From a virus, in the IMG/VR virus record IMGVR_UViG_3300038410_000026, positions 31,393 to 95,392 of that record: DNA of 64,000 nt. The stretch is one strand, 5' to 3'. Below are positions 26,201-35,300 of this stretch, piece after piece (position 1 is the first letter of the stretch; each line of letters begins with the position of its first letter). Made by a program: the position numbers and the translations under genes. Under the pieces are notes generated by a model, which was given only the letters and a program-made list of their open reading frames with translations, ran no database searches and was not told the origin of the DNA.

Positions 26201-26748
26201 CTTTCAAGATCAACTCCAGCACCAATGACCGCCATCTCATCCTGACGATGGACTCAGACATTATCGGCAAGAAGTTCCGGCTGGTAAATGTTCACGGAAC
26301 GGGCGGCAAATTCCAATTGTTCGACTACAAGTTCAATTGGATTCCAGAGCCATGCGAGGTTATCCATTGGGATTCATACGAGCAGGCATACGGATACAAC
26401 GGTTTCAAGTGGATCAAACAGATCTGGATCGAGTACATTTCCTGTTCCGGCATAGACTGTTACATCTATACCGACAACAAGCGGTTGCTGCTAAAGCAAT
26501 CGCTTCCGAGGCATCCGTACCGGGCGATAGAGAGGTTTTACCTGCCTCCAATCAGCATGGAGGGAGTTCTGAACAAGAGCAAGATCTACCGTAAGGTGAT
26601 CGATTCCTGTGATCCCTGCTGCGGATTCAAGATCTATAAAGACGGAACGCGGGTTGAATGGATGCCGGTGGGGGCAGACATGAGGCAAGGATACCAGCAG
26701 TTTGCCTTCTTCCAGGACATCCCCATAGTGGCGTTGGGGGCGCAGTGA
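23275..26748 (+). CDS. Tail nozzle/stabilisation protein (P22 gp10/T7 gp12-like)
   Basis: 1157 aa, beta-rich; ILYKSK..RPEYFP, DGVYIW.G..KISE.I and KQW motifs; follows the adaptors. Confidence 0.7.
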   Translation: MAINPPGEYQPITVPFGDRGWVLKLDPSLLQQGQYQLVRNMVSLQEGSIRTRNGYRALNTDPFLLIIEAGNVDYIHSIGYLITGADLSSNYRYIGGNQYIFRMDSNVPPGNYDLIADLNNTEFGKRWSMVGYRKNSSGYPYAYFATTSFMLKDPLTDNTTGALLGQANPAADAKQIQKWGIDAPPTPVIYVGANGGGLLDPVISTYNYVITRKNPFTGVESNPSIPMAVEIGDPVLTPMNPNSSISLLIDPYTCSLQYPDPSNTNVLFKDPQVYGKQTICLYRKGGSFSDGLYRFVRAFDSDDTGNPPTIPDFTGIFPWTDNVPDADIIDGRIVDFDNFCPVVSTTPVPIVADIIALDPVPGAPVKTFYVKLDVHQGFYPSHSTIRDILRIGSTVTVGSGELKERAIVRAFRDTSPNDTVVLYLQKTHTVPADPSIQPYEKLTCDANTNQPCRFSALAYDSLFLAGDEANPNILYKSKIGRPEYFPVINLTDGTPGNVEVGSPSNPIMNICEFNGSLISLNKARIYVVPVWGNQMGAPQETPAQRGLIASWAWCKGDNFLAYVAYDGVYIWSGSDSIKISEEIDALFKGEWITVDGENIAPMNLSDQIPEGEFLSPADRINMEYFRNQLLLAYQDINGGVQRLRWHELYRRWSLDSVSPTVMKLEAETGNLLFATADPANGDTIAHLNLDDVPATPTSTSTSDGWTSSQADGASIDWKLVTASYTLGSPTLQKQWGDIILELNNPADTVTVNMYYDYGAVDAVDVFTIAPATGRRRYTLPFNAGAAREAYGMTFMFTGSTKQPTTLYSMTFTALPLTSIMKGRAYDWDNLGYPHDKKLQQLSIEYDVGGSPVTLNLDTVSGIGGATETQAKQTFDLVSPAATFPTGPVRARTSFPINDGTIVKLARLRPTIPALEFKIWSYNFDFIQYPPDIVPWTEWSDLGYPCEKILRELLIQVDTGGVDATTSVQVDGVTAQTFKINSSTNDRHLILTMDSDIIGKKFRLVNVHGTGGKFQLFDYKFNWIPEPCEVIHWDSYEQAYGYNGFKWIKQIWIEYISCSGIDCYIYTDNKRLLLKQSLPRHPYRAIERFYLPPISMEGVLNKSKIYRKVIDSCDPCCGFKIYKDGTRVEWMPVGADMRQGYQQFAFFQDIPIVALGAQ

Positions 26749-27116
26749 TGGACAGCAAGATCACGAATGTATTGCCGAAGCTGAGGAAAAAGGACTTGAC
26801 TGACGACAGCTTGTTTAAGCTCAATCTGGCATTGAACATCCTGGCCAGTCAGCTTGCGGCAACCCAAGGCAATTCAGGGCAATCCATATTCGGGGCTGGT
26901 CCGTTTTCATTCTCTGGTGCGGTGACGGTGGCTGGAAATGTTGACATCACCGGCAATACGACCTTGCGCGGCAATTCCGACGTGTTCAAAAACTTTCATC
27001 CCGTAAACATTCCGAATATTTCGGTCTTTGCCGACAATGCCGCTGCCCGCGCTGCCAAGCTCGTGCCGGGAGATCTCTACGTCACTCCGACCGGACAATT
27101 GATGAGGGTTTACTGA
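26748..27116 (+). CDS. Virion protein
   Basis: TGATG coupling; FADNAAA.AA.L.PGDLY motif. Confidence 0.65.
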   Translation: MDSKITNVLPKLRKKDLTDDSLFKLNLALNILASQLAATQGNSGQSIFGAGPFSFSGAVTVAGNVDITGNTTLRGNSDVFKNFHPVNIPNISVFADNAAARAAKLVPGDLYVTPTGQLMRVY

Positions 27117-27748
27117 TGGAAGCCCGCATGATTAACTTCACGTCTTCTCTGCTCGTGACGATAGTGCGCAGCAATGGCTCGCGCATTATTCTCGGCGCTC
27201 CCTTCGTTCGCAAAGAAATCGTGCAGCCCATCTCGTTCTGGCGAAGGCTGTGGTGGACATTGAAGGGCGAGGGCCTGATCAACATGGGCTTTCTGGCCTT
27301 CCTGGCATGGGTGCTTCACCACAATCACGAGATCTCTCTACCGTTGTTTGGTTTAGTCACCAGCGCCGGAATCGATTATATGGCCGGAGATTTTGCGGCC
27401 AACGGGAACGATGTTTCGAATTTCAACTACCATGAGTCCGGAATCGGGACAGCGGCAGAAAACGTCGCAGACACTGATTTACAGAGCAAGATTACTCTGT
27501 CCAGGGTGGCAGGAACCCAGACCAAGCCTGCGTCTGTAGGGTCATTCCAGAGCGTGGCCACCATCGGCCCCTATGGATCGACCTACTCCATAGCCGAATG
27601 GGGCCTGTTTTCCTCCGCTGGGTTTGGAAGTCCTCCCTCTGGAGGAACCCTCTGGGACCGGCGCAGAATCAGCCCCACAGCCGGAGTGAATGCCTCGGAT
27701 TCGATCATTTTTGACTATCTCTGCACAGGTCAAGCCGGAGGCTCTTAG
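27116..27748 (+). CDS. Tail-associated structural protein, paralog of 30460-31164
   Basis: Shared GLV..G...A.DFA, N.H.SG.GT, EWGLF, GGT.WDRR and DSI.F.Y...GG motifs. Confidence 0.75.
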   Translation: MEARMINFTSSLLVTIVRSNGSRIILGAPFVRKEIVQPISFWRRLWWTLKGEGLINMGFLAFLAWVLHHNHEISLPLFGLVTSAGIDYMAGDFAANGNDVSNFNYHESGIGTAAENVADTDLQSKITLSRVAGTQTKPASVGSFQSVATIGPYGSTYSIAEWGLFSSAGFGSPPSGGTLWDRRRISPTAGVNASDSIIFDYLCTGQAGGS

Positions 27749-27754
27749 ATTTCT

Positions 27755-27770
27755 ATTGTGTTGACTTTTT
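27755..27770 (+). promoter_or_regulatory. Conserved intergenic motif ATTGTGTTGACTTTTT, copy 1
   Basis: Identical 16-mer at 43309-43324; both copies lie in intergenic gaps. Confidence 0.55.
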
Positions 27771-27803
27771 CCGTAGTGTTTACTGCAACTTAGGAGGTTT
27801 TGC

Positions 27804-28241
27804 ATGAAGGCGTATTGTGCCAGCGGAGACGTGACCGGAGCGGCCTCGAAAACGGTAGTCGCCCTCATTTCGAGCGCCACTCGGCGTCCCAAACTTTTGC
27901 AGGTGATCATCGGCTGTTCCGGTACGCCTGCTGACAACGTGGCCAAGGTGGCAATCAGAAAATTCACCGCTGACGGAACCGGAACCAGCGGCACGACATT
28001 TCAGGCCGATTCATCCGATGGAGCGCCTTCGGTCACCACCAAGGTGAATTACACGGTGGAGCCAACGTATACGTCGGGAAACGTGGAGGAGATCAGCCTC
28101 AACCAGCGTGCCACCGTGATCTGGAATGCTCCCCTGGGGGCAGAGCCATCGGTCCCCATCGGCACGTCGAACGGCATCGGAGTGCAACTGATATCAGCCC
28201 CCACGCTCGCTTACAATGTGACGATGGTATGGGATGAGTGA
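27804..28241 (+). CDS. Virion structural protein
   Basis: AGGAGGT SD; beta-rich. Confidence 0.75.
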   Translation: MKAYCASGDVTGAASKTVVALISSATRRPKLLQVIIGCSGTPADNVAKVAIRKFTADGTGTSGTTFQADSSDGAPSVTTKVNYTVEPTYTSGNVEEISLNQRATVIWNAPLGAEPSVPIGTSNGIGVQLISAPTLAYNVTMVWDE

Positions 28242-28483
28242 CCCAAGGCGGAATTATGGCTTGGAAAAAAGCACAAGATCCAACGTATCCTCTCGGATTC
28301 CGATATCACGATCCCCTGCGCTGCATGAATTGTGGCCATCACCGGGACGAACACGATCCAGAGGTTGGCTGCACGGTGGATGGGGGTACTAAAACTATCG
28401 TGAGCGAGAGCGGGGAGAGAAGGTCGGCCTGTTCGTGTGAGGTGTACGTTCCCGCTCCGGATGCGGTTGACGCAGTGGCGTAG
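28238..28483 (+). CDS. Small Cys/His metal-binding protein
   Basis: CxxCGH..xEH...C...CxC. Confidence 0.6.
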   Translation: MTQGGIMAWKKAQDPTYPLGFRYHDPLRCMNCGHHRDEHDPEVGCTVDGGTKTIVSESGERRSACSCEVYVPAPDAVDAVA

Positions 28484-28491
28484 GAGTTGCT

Positions 28492-30438
28492 GTGCCCACT
28501 ACGGCCTACAGCATCAGCTTCGGCATTACGATGTCTGCCGAAGCCTATACCTATTACCTCGACAGCGAGGATGGAAATGATAACGCGGATGGGCTATCTC
28601 CCGGCTCCGCATGGCAGACTATTTCGAAACTGGATGGAATCACGTTGACTCCAGGGCAATCGGTTGGATTCAAGCGAGGTTGCGTTTGGAGAGAATCCCT
28701 GCTTCCCGGAGACAGCGGGAGTTCGGGCCACCTGATCACCTATGGGGCCTACGGTTCAGGAGACAGGCCGGAACTGAACGGATCTGATCTGGTGACTGGA
28801 TTATCAAATTCCGGATGGCTGACGGATTTCACACGCAGCAATAGTGGATCAGGAACCTACTATTCGAACGTCAATGTCCGGTCAGTCATAGAGGCGGACT
28901 CCGTAGATTCAAGCGGAAGCAAGATCCGAATTACCATTCGTGCCAAGTCAGACCACAATCTAGTCATCACTGGAGCTTCCATCGGGCGCATGACGACCGG
29001 GGCGGTCTACGACAGCGCCCCCACCAGAATTACCTGGGACAGCGGAGCTAATGGCACGACGGTCTCCTCCGGCCAGACCAAGCTGAGTGATGAAATCACA
29101 TTTTCATTCGACAAAACGCTGCGCTATGGAATTCACTTGGCGGGCGCGATCCTGGGCGCGACCTATGACGATACGGTAGGAGGAACGGCTGAGTACGACA
29201 ACTACAGCGGAACCGATGGGAGCCAAGATACGGCATTCAATATTGAGTTTTCGGGCGGGACGGTTTGGGCACTGATAAAGTTCGAGGTATATGGAACCAA
29301 TCCGGCCAATGTCTACAGCGCCAGCATCAGCGGAACCGCCACGCAGCTTTTCCGCAATAGTGTTCGCTGCACTCCGGTAGCTTCCATCGGAGATCTGGAC
29401 ACTCAAAACGAATGCTACCTGGGAACTGCGGGGGTGGTGTACCTATACAGTACGTCAGATCCCAGTGGCGACACAGTTGAGGCATCTGTGCGGCCATGGG
29501 TGATCGAGGCCGATGGCGTCGATTATCTTTATTTCCGTGATCTATCGGCCCAAAAATCGGCTGGGGTCGGCTGGGGTTGTCACAATGCCTCCTACATCAC
29601 AGCCAAAAATCTAGACACCGGCTGGGGAGGCGGAGCGGGTCTTTATCCCTGTTTCGGCGGCGGGACAGATCACGTCACCGTCGAAGGCGGGACGACCCAC
29701 GACAACGGCGGCTCCACCCTCTACGACCAGAACCAGATTGCCATGGGTGGAATCGGAGGAAGCTCGAATTCCAGTTACATCACAATTGATGGAGTTGACG
29801 TGGAGGGAACCAACTATTCGTACTCCGACAACACCGCATTGCAGTTAGCCACTACGGACACCGGGTATTCGGTTACGAATCTGGTGATTAAGAATTGCAT
29901 ATTTCATGGCGATAGCGGAGGAACAGCAATCCGATCAGACGGCAAGGGCCACGGCGTCATCATTCACCACAACGTAGTTTACGGATTCGTAGACGGGATT
30001 CTTCACATTGACGGGGCCGGAGGATCTGGAACAACTACGATGGAAGTATATCACAACACGATAACTACCAACAGCGGCGACGGTCTTGTCTTGGATGGCG
30101 CTACCTGTACGGTAAAGGACAATATCCTGTACCAGAATGCGAGTAGCGGTGGGTATTACGAGATAAGAGTAACCTCGGCTGCAACCCTCACGAGCGACTA
30201 CAACGACTTCTATCATTCAGCCGGTGGAAGCTATTTTTCCTATCAGGGAGTGGACCGGACCTTCGCTACGTGGAAAAGCTCTACTGGTGGAGATATCCAC
30301 TCAAGCGATGGCAACCCGCTATTCACTGATCCCAATAACCATATTTACACTTTGCAGGGCGGATCGCCCGCTCTTGAAACTGGAATCTATATATCTGGAA
30401 TCAGCACAGCAGACCCACCAAATATGGGGGCTAAATGA
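28492..30438 (+). CDS. Right-handed beta-helix tailspike/depolymerase-like protein
   Basis: YYLDSEDGNDNADGLSP..AWQT, FKRG.VWRE, YGAYG.G.RP; parallel beta-helix repeats; C-terminal PLF.D...YTLQ.GSPA. Confidence 0.8.
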   Translation: MPTTAYSISFGITMSAEAYTYYLDSEDGNDNADGLSPGSAWQTISKLDGITLTPGQSVGFKRGCVWRESLLPGDSGSSGHLITYGAYGSGDRPELNGSDLVTGLSNSGWLTDFTRSNSGSGTYYSNVNVRSVIEADSVDSSGSKIRITIRAKSDHNLVITGASIGRMTTGAVYDSAPTRITWDSGANGTTVSSGQTKLSDEITFSFDKTLRYGIHLAGAILGATYDDTVGGTAEYDNYSGTDGSQDTAFNIEFSGGTVWALIKFEVYGTNPANVYSASISGTATQLFRNSVRCTPVASIGDLDTQNECYLGTAGVVYLYSTSDPSGDTVEASVRPWVIEADGVDYLYFRDLSAQKSAGVGWGCHNASYITAKNLDTGWGGGAGLYPCFGGGTDHVTVEGGTTHDNGGSTLYDQNQIAMGGIGGSSNSSYITIDGVDVEGTNYSYSDNTALQLATTDTGYSVTNLVIKNCIFHGDSGGTAIRSDGKGHGVIIHHNVVYGFVDGILHIDGAGGSGTTTMEVYHNTITTNSGDGLVLDGATCTVKDNILYQNASSGGYYEIRVTSAATLTSDYNDFYHSAGGSYFSYQGVDRTFATWKSSTGGDIHSSDGNPLFTDPNNHIYTLQGGSPALETGIYISGISTADPPNMGAK

Positions 30439-30459
30439 TGTGCGAAAGGGAGAACAAGC

Positions 30460-31164
30460 ATGAGTAAAGAATTCAATCGATCTCTGATTGAAGGTAGTAT
30501 CGATTATGTTGGGTCTCTGGACGCTGTGCTCATTCGGAGCGACGGTAGCTCCAGGGATCTGGGGCGGCTGTCGGATGGAAAGAAATTCCGGCTAATCGGT
30601 CGCCCGGTGCAGTGGTGGAGGGCTCTGTGGGCCGAGATGAGAAAGTGGGGAATCATCCCGGCAGCCATGGGATTCGCCGCCTTTCTCAAGGTCTATGGCG
30701 TCGTCGATGAGCCGCACCGGATGTTAAAGCTGTTCGAAGATCCGCGTGTCCAGTCTCTTTTGCTGGGCCTTGGAAGTTTCGGACTGGTGGTGACAGGAGG
30801 CGCAAACTTCCTAGCCACCGACTTTGCTTCCGGTCAGGCAACTCCGCGCATCAGCGCGATGAACTTTCACGACAGCGGAACCGGAACCACCGCCGCTACC
30901 TCAACCGACTCTGGTTTGCAGACCCAAGCAGGACCGACTACCAGGGCCACCGGGACGCAGAGTAATCCGGTCACTAACCAGTACCGATCCATCGGCACGA
31001 TTGCCTATACCGGAACCCTGTCTATTACCGAATGGGGACTGTTCAATCAGGCGGCACAGGGCGGTACGATGTGGGATCGGCGCGTGTTCAGCGTGATCTC
31101 AGTGGGAGACGGTGACTCAATTCAATTTACCTACACTCTAACTATCACTGCTGGAGGCACTTAG
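30460..31164 (+). CDS. Tail-associated structural protein, paralog of 27116-27748
   Basis: Same shared motifs as the paralog. Confidence 0.75.
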   Translation: MSKEFNRSLIEGSIDYVGSLDAVLIRSDGSSRDLGRLSDGKKFRLIGRPVQWWRALWAEMRKWGIIPAAMGFAAFLKVYGVVDEPHRMLKLFEDPRVQSLLLGLGSFGLVVTGGANFLATDFASGQATPRISAMNFHDSGTGTTAATSTDSGLQTQAGPTTRATGTQSNPVTNQYRSIGTIAYTGTLSITEWGLFNQAAQGGTMWDRRVFSVISVGDGDSIQFTYTLTITAGGT

Positions 31165-31177
31165 AGATATTTTGGCC

Positions 31178-31206
31178 TTGCATACAGTTGCTTATGGTGC
31201 TACGTT
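31178..31206 (+). promoter_or_regulatory. sigma70 promoter of the LAGLIDADG gene (probably leaderless)
   Basis: TTGCAT-17-TACGTT with extended TG; ATG is 7 nt downstream. Confidence 0.55.
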
Positions 31207-31212
31207 AGCAAC

Positions 31213-31890
31213 ATGATATGCGAACAATGCAAGGCAGAATTCAGGCGGCGAGATCGAGGCAATCGCCCACGTTACGATCACGCATTTTGTTCTCAGGTGT
31301 GCTACACGCAATGGAAGATTGGCCGGATTCGGAAAGATCGCGGTCGGATGACCGTGGAGAGGGGATGTCCGACTTGCGGCCAACTCTTCCTTGCTGGTGG
31401 CCGGGGGAACGCCTCGAAACACGCTGTTTTTTGCAGCCGTGATTGTGCGGACAAAGCTCGTTACCGGCACAGCAGAATCGGCAGTTCCCTGACTAACGCC
31501 CAGGCTGCTTATCTGGCTGGCCTGATTGACGGAAAAGGATCTATCATCCACTACTTGCGGAGCGATGCAGTAGCGCTTCGGCTCACCATTTCCCATACTT
31601 CTCGGCGTCTCCTGGAATGGGTTGCTTCCACAACCGGGATCGGCTCCATAGTTCGCTCCGAGAAAAGGAACCCCAAGCATAAAGCCGGATTCTGGTGGCA
31701 GGTCAATGCCGACGCCGCCGAATCCATCTTGCGTCAGATCCGTCCCTATTTGGTTCTGAATCGAGAACAGGCGGATCTAGCCATCGAGTCCCACGAAAAT
31801 CTTCGTGATCCAGCGCTGAAGGTGGATCGCTCGTGGCATACAGAGGCAGTTTCCTGGATGCGGCAGTTGAACCAGCGAGGCAATCTATGA
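31213..31890 (+). CDS. Free-standing LAGLIDADG homing-endonuclease-like protein with two N-terminal zinc fingers
   Basis: AYLAGLIDGKGSI; IRPYLVL.REQA; CxxC..FCSxxC twice. Confidence 0.85.
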   Translation: MICEQCKAEFRRRDRGNRPRYDHAFCSQVCYTQWKIGRIRKDRGRMTVERGCPTCGQLFLAGGRGNASKHAVFCSRDCADKARYRHSRIGSSLTNAQAAYLAGLIDGKGSIIHYLRSDAVALRLTISHTSRRLLEWVASTTGIGSIVRSEKRNPKHKAGFWWQVNADAAESILRQIRPYLVLNREQADLAIESHENLRDPALKVDRSWHTEAVSWMRQLNQRGNL

Positions 31891-32360
31891 AAGTTATCGT
31901 ACCGTTCGCCACCGCATCCCCAATGCTTCCGGCAGTCAGACTGGCCTTGCGCCAAGATGGGGTGAACGCCGAATACGTTCACATGACCAAGGATGATTCC
32001 TACTACAACCTTTTGGTGGACTGTTGGCGAGCCGGAGAAACCTTCGCTATAGTGGAGCACGACATCGTGGTCTGGCCGGGAGGGATTCAAGAGCTTGAGA
32101 ATTGCCCGGAGCAGTGGTGTACCATCCCTTACTACTGCTCCGTTGGCTGGATTTTAGACGGCCTAGGTTGCACCAAATTCGGTGCTGATCTGATCCGGAA
32201 ATATCCGGCCTTCCTCGATGAGCCATTTCCTTCCTGTTGCAGCCATACGCGCTATTTCTGCGGGCTGGACCGGCTGATCGCTCACCGGATGCAGGAGCTT
32301 GAAATCGAACCCCACGTGCATAATCCGGGGGTTGTGAATTTGAACGAAAAATGGACGTGA
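31887..32360 (+). CDS. Small GT-A fold glycosyltransferase-like protein
   Basis: FAIVEHDIV (DxD-like) and GLGCTKF motifs. Confidence 0.55.
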   Translation: MKVIVPFATASPMLPAVRLALRQDGVNAEYVHMTKDDSYYNLLVDCWRAGETFAIVEHDIVVWPGGIQELENCPEQWCTIPYYCSVGWILDGLGCTKFGADLIRKYPAFLDEPFPSCCSHTRYFCGLDRLIAHRMQELEIEPHVHNPGVVNLNEKWT

Positions 32361-32368
32361 GGAACTGA

Positions 32369-35300
32369 GTGGCTAACGCTTGGGTCCGTGAATCCGGCAT
32401 CTTTACCACATTGAGCGCCACTATCACGGCGGCGGCGAGCGGCAATACGCTCGTCATGTTCATTGCGTCCTACCGTAGCCCTGCCGCCAGAACGGTAAGT
32501 TCCCTCTCCTGCACCAACGTTACTTGGAATAAACTCTGTGGAACAGCCAACGGAACTATAGATTCCGAGATCTGGTACGGGACCGTGGCCGGTGGAAGCA
32601 GCGGAACTACCGTTACGATCACAATGTCCGGATCGAATCCCAACGTCGCTGGCAGGTTTGTAGAATTCTCTGGCGTGCTGACCAGCGGAACGATCCCAGA
32701 TGGCACAGCCGTTACCAATACCGGATCGAGCACTTCCCCTACTACGTCTGCCTACAGCACCACGCTGGTCTATGATTTGGTCTTGACGGGAGTTGGTTAT
32801 CATTCCGATACCGCTCCGACCTCTCTCCCCGGTGGAAGTTGGGCAAATGTGACCTGGGCCAACAACAGCACCATCTGTGGAGTCCAGGCGGAATACATTC
32901 TGAAAGGAACCGTTGGAGCGCAATCGGCCTCTTGGACGATCAGCGATCTTCCATGGGTAACCTGCCTCGGTGCCCTTAAGCTTGCTCAACAGACTTCCAC
33001 CCTGAGCGGGGCTACGCACGCCATGGGCGGCGGGCTCTCAAAGACTTCCAAGAAATCTGTCTCCTCAGCCACCGCCAATCCGATTGCAGCTATAACCAGA
33101 AAAGTCTTCAGGGCTTCTATTTCCGCAGCCACCGCCAATCCGATTGCGACTCTCATCAAAAAAGTCCTGAGGAGATCTCTGAACGCGGCAACACAAGCTA
33201 CCAGCGCATCGGTCGGAGCGGAACTACAAACAGCAAGCAGCATAACAAACAACTGGTTGTTAAATCTTGCAACGGGAGAAGACACGATTCATGGTCTGAT
33301 CTGGGCCGAGAATAAATTATGGATTGGGACCCAGACCATCCCGGCTAAGGTTATCCGGATTGATCCATCAGATCCAGAGAACTATGACGTATTGACGTTC
33401 GCCAACGACGGACATCACAAGTCATCCTTCGACCTTATCTATATCGCATCGAAGGGCAAGATTTATGTGACGTTCCTCAATACGGGCGCGGGAAACCCGA
33501 TGGTGATTTCGGAGGTAGATCCGGATACCTTGGAGTATACGGACGTAATTTCCACTACTTCCTATAATCAATCGCAAAGCCTCGCCTCTGATGGGACATA
33601 TCTGTACGTCGGATGCTACGATGTTTCGACCACGAATGGGAAGCTGACCCGCTGGCTGCTGTCGGACTGGAGCGCCCAGGGATCGGTGGACATCGGCTTT
33701 TCGGACGCCCTGCACACGGTTCGCTATGACGGCACGAACATATTTTTCACCGTCACCGGATACAGCAAGATTTTCCGGGTCGATCTGACGAGCTTCACGA
33801 TTTCGCAATCCGCCAATTTCCAAGGTGGAGACACCACGCCTACCGATGACTTGGCCTTCACCACTGACTACGTGTGGTGCGGATGCGAGAATGACGGAGT
33901 AATTTCAAGAATCAAGAAGTCCGATCTGACATTCACCCGAATTGTCACTTCTATATCTAGGGCAACATACGCCGTCTACTATGCGAACGGATACATCTGG
34001 GTAGCTTACGCCTTGGGAACTCCCGGAGAAATCGTCCGGATCGATCCAAACGATCTGACGCTAAAGTATTACGTTTTCACGGATGAGAGCCAGACCAGCC
34101 CGAATGAGATCGTCGCCGACGATTCGGGAACGATGTATTTTACTTTTTATGTAGCTCCTGGTATAGTTTCATCCGCACCGTCAACCCTAACAGCTATCAC
34201 GCAATCCCTCACTGCGGCTACATCGGCCCCCGGAGGCAATCTTTCCTCCGTCCCGAAAAAACATTTGAGCGCGGCAATCCAGGCACTAGCCGCCGTCCAA
34301 TCAAAAGTTTCTCATCGATCCATTTCAGCTTCTCTTCTCGCCCAAAGCGCGACCGTGAAAAAGCAGACGCAACGGGCCTTGGAGTCATTTTTCACTTTCC
34401 TGAATGCCTCGGTGAGTGCCGTAACCAAAGTATTCCATGAATCGTTTTCTGCCGCTACCGCGCAGTTTTCTGTAAGCTTGAAGAAAGCTTCCGCCAAATC
34501 ACTTCTGGCTGCAAAAAGTTCTTGGGCAGCTACCTTGGCACGCAGTAAGCCCGCCTCTCTCGTAGCGGCAACTGTCGCCATGGCAGGCGCGGTCACCAGG
34601 AAAATCAGCGTCTCCAAAGCTGCCGCTACCTCCGCCTATGCCGGAGCCCTTTCCGCCATAAAATCTCTGGCGCGATCTTTTGACGCGGCTACGGCGGCAT
34701 TCTCAGCCTCCTTGATCAAGCTGTACAAGAGATCTTTGGCAGCCTCGATGACGGCATTCGCGGGAAGCTTGGCCCGGAAAGCCCTCCATGTTTTCACCGC
34801 TGCTACGGCAGCGCCTATCGGCGCTCTGCTGCGTTTGGTAAAACACACCCTCAGTGGCTCGACCAGCGCACTTGCCGCTGCCATAACCACCCTGAAAGCT
34901 TTCACCGCTTATTTCAGTGCGGCCACCGCCACCATGGCCGCCGCGCTGCCCTTTTTGGCGAGCAAGAAGTTGAGCGCGGTTACCCAAGCCCCGTCCGCTA
35001 TCCAGTCTAGGCGCGTCTCCCGAATTCTTGCGGCGGTTCTCCTGGCTCAGAGCGCATCAATCACGAAGCAGACGAGGATGGCCCTGGCTGCATTCTTCAC
35101 GTTTTTCGGGGCTTCCATCAGCGGCGTAACTGCGGCGACTCAACAATCTTTTTTCGCCGCAACGGCAGCATTCTCCGCTGGCCTGACTAAATTTTCCAAG
35201 GAAGATTTCATCGCCTCGACGGCGGCGCTTTCGGGCAGCTTGATTAAAACACTGTTTGAGGTTTTCAATGCGGCCACGGTGGCCTTCGCGGGCGCTCGAT

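Noticed and set aside
31165-31890. Group I intron or intein hosting the LAGLIDADG ORF
   Set aside because: The upstream gene ends at the same point as its paralog, the downstream gene starts by ATGA overlap, and there is no room for an intron core
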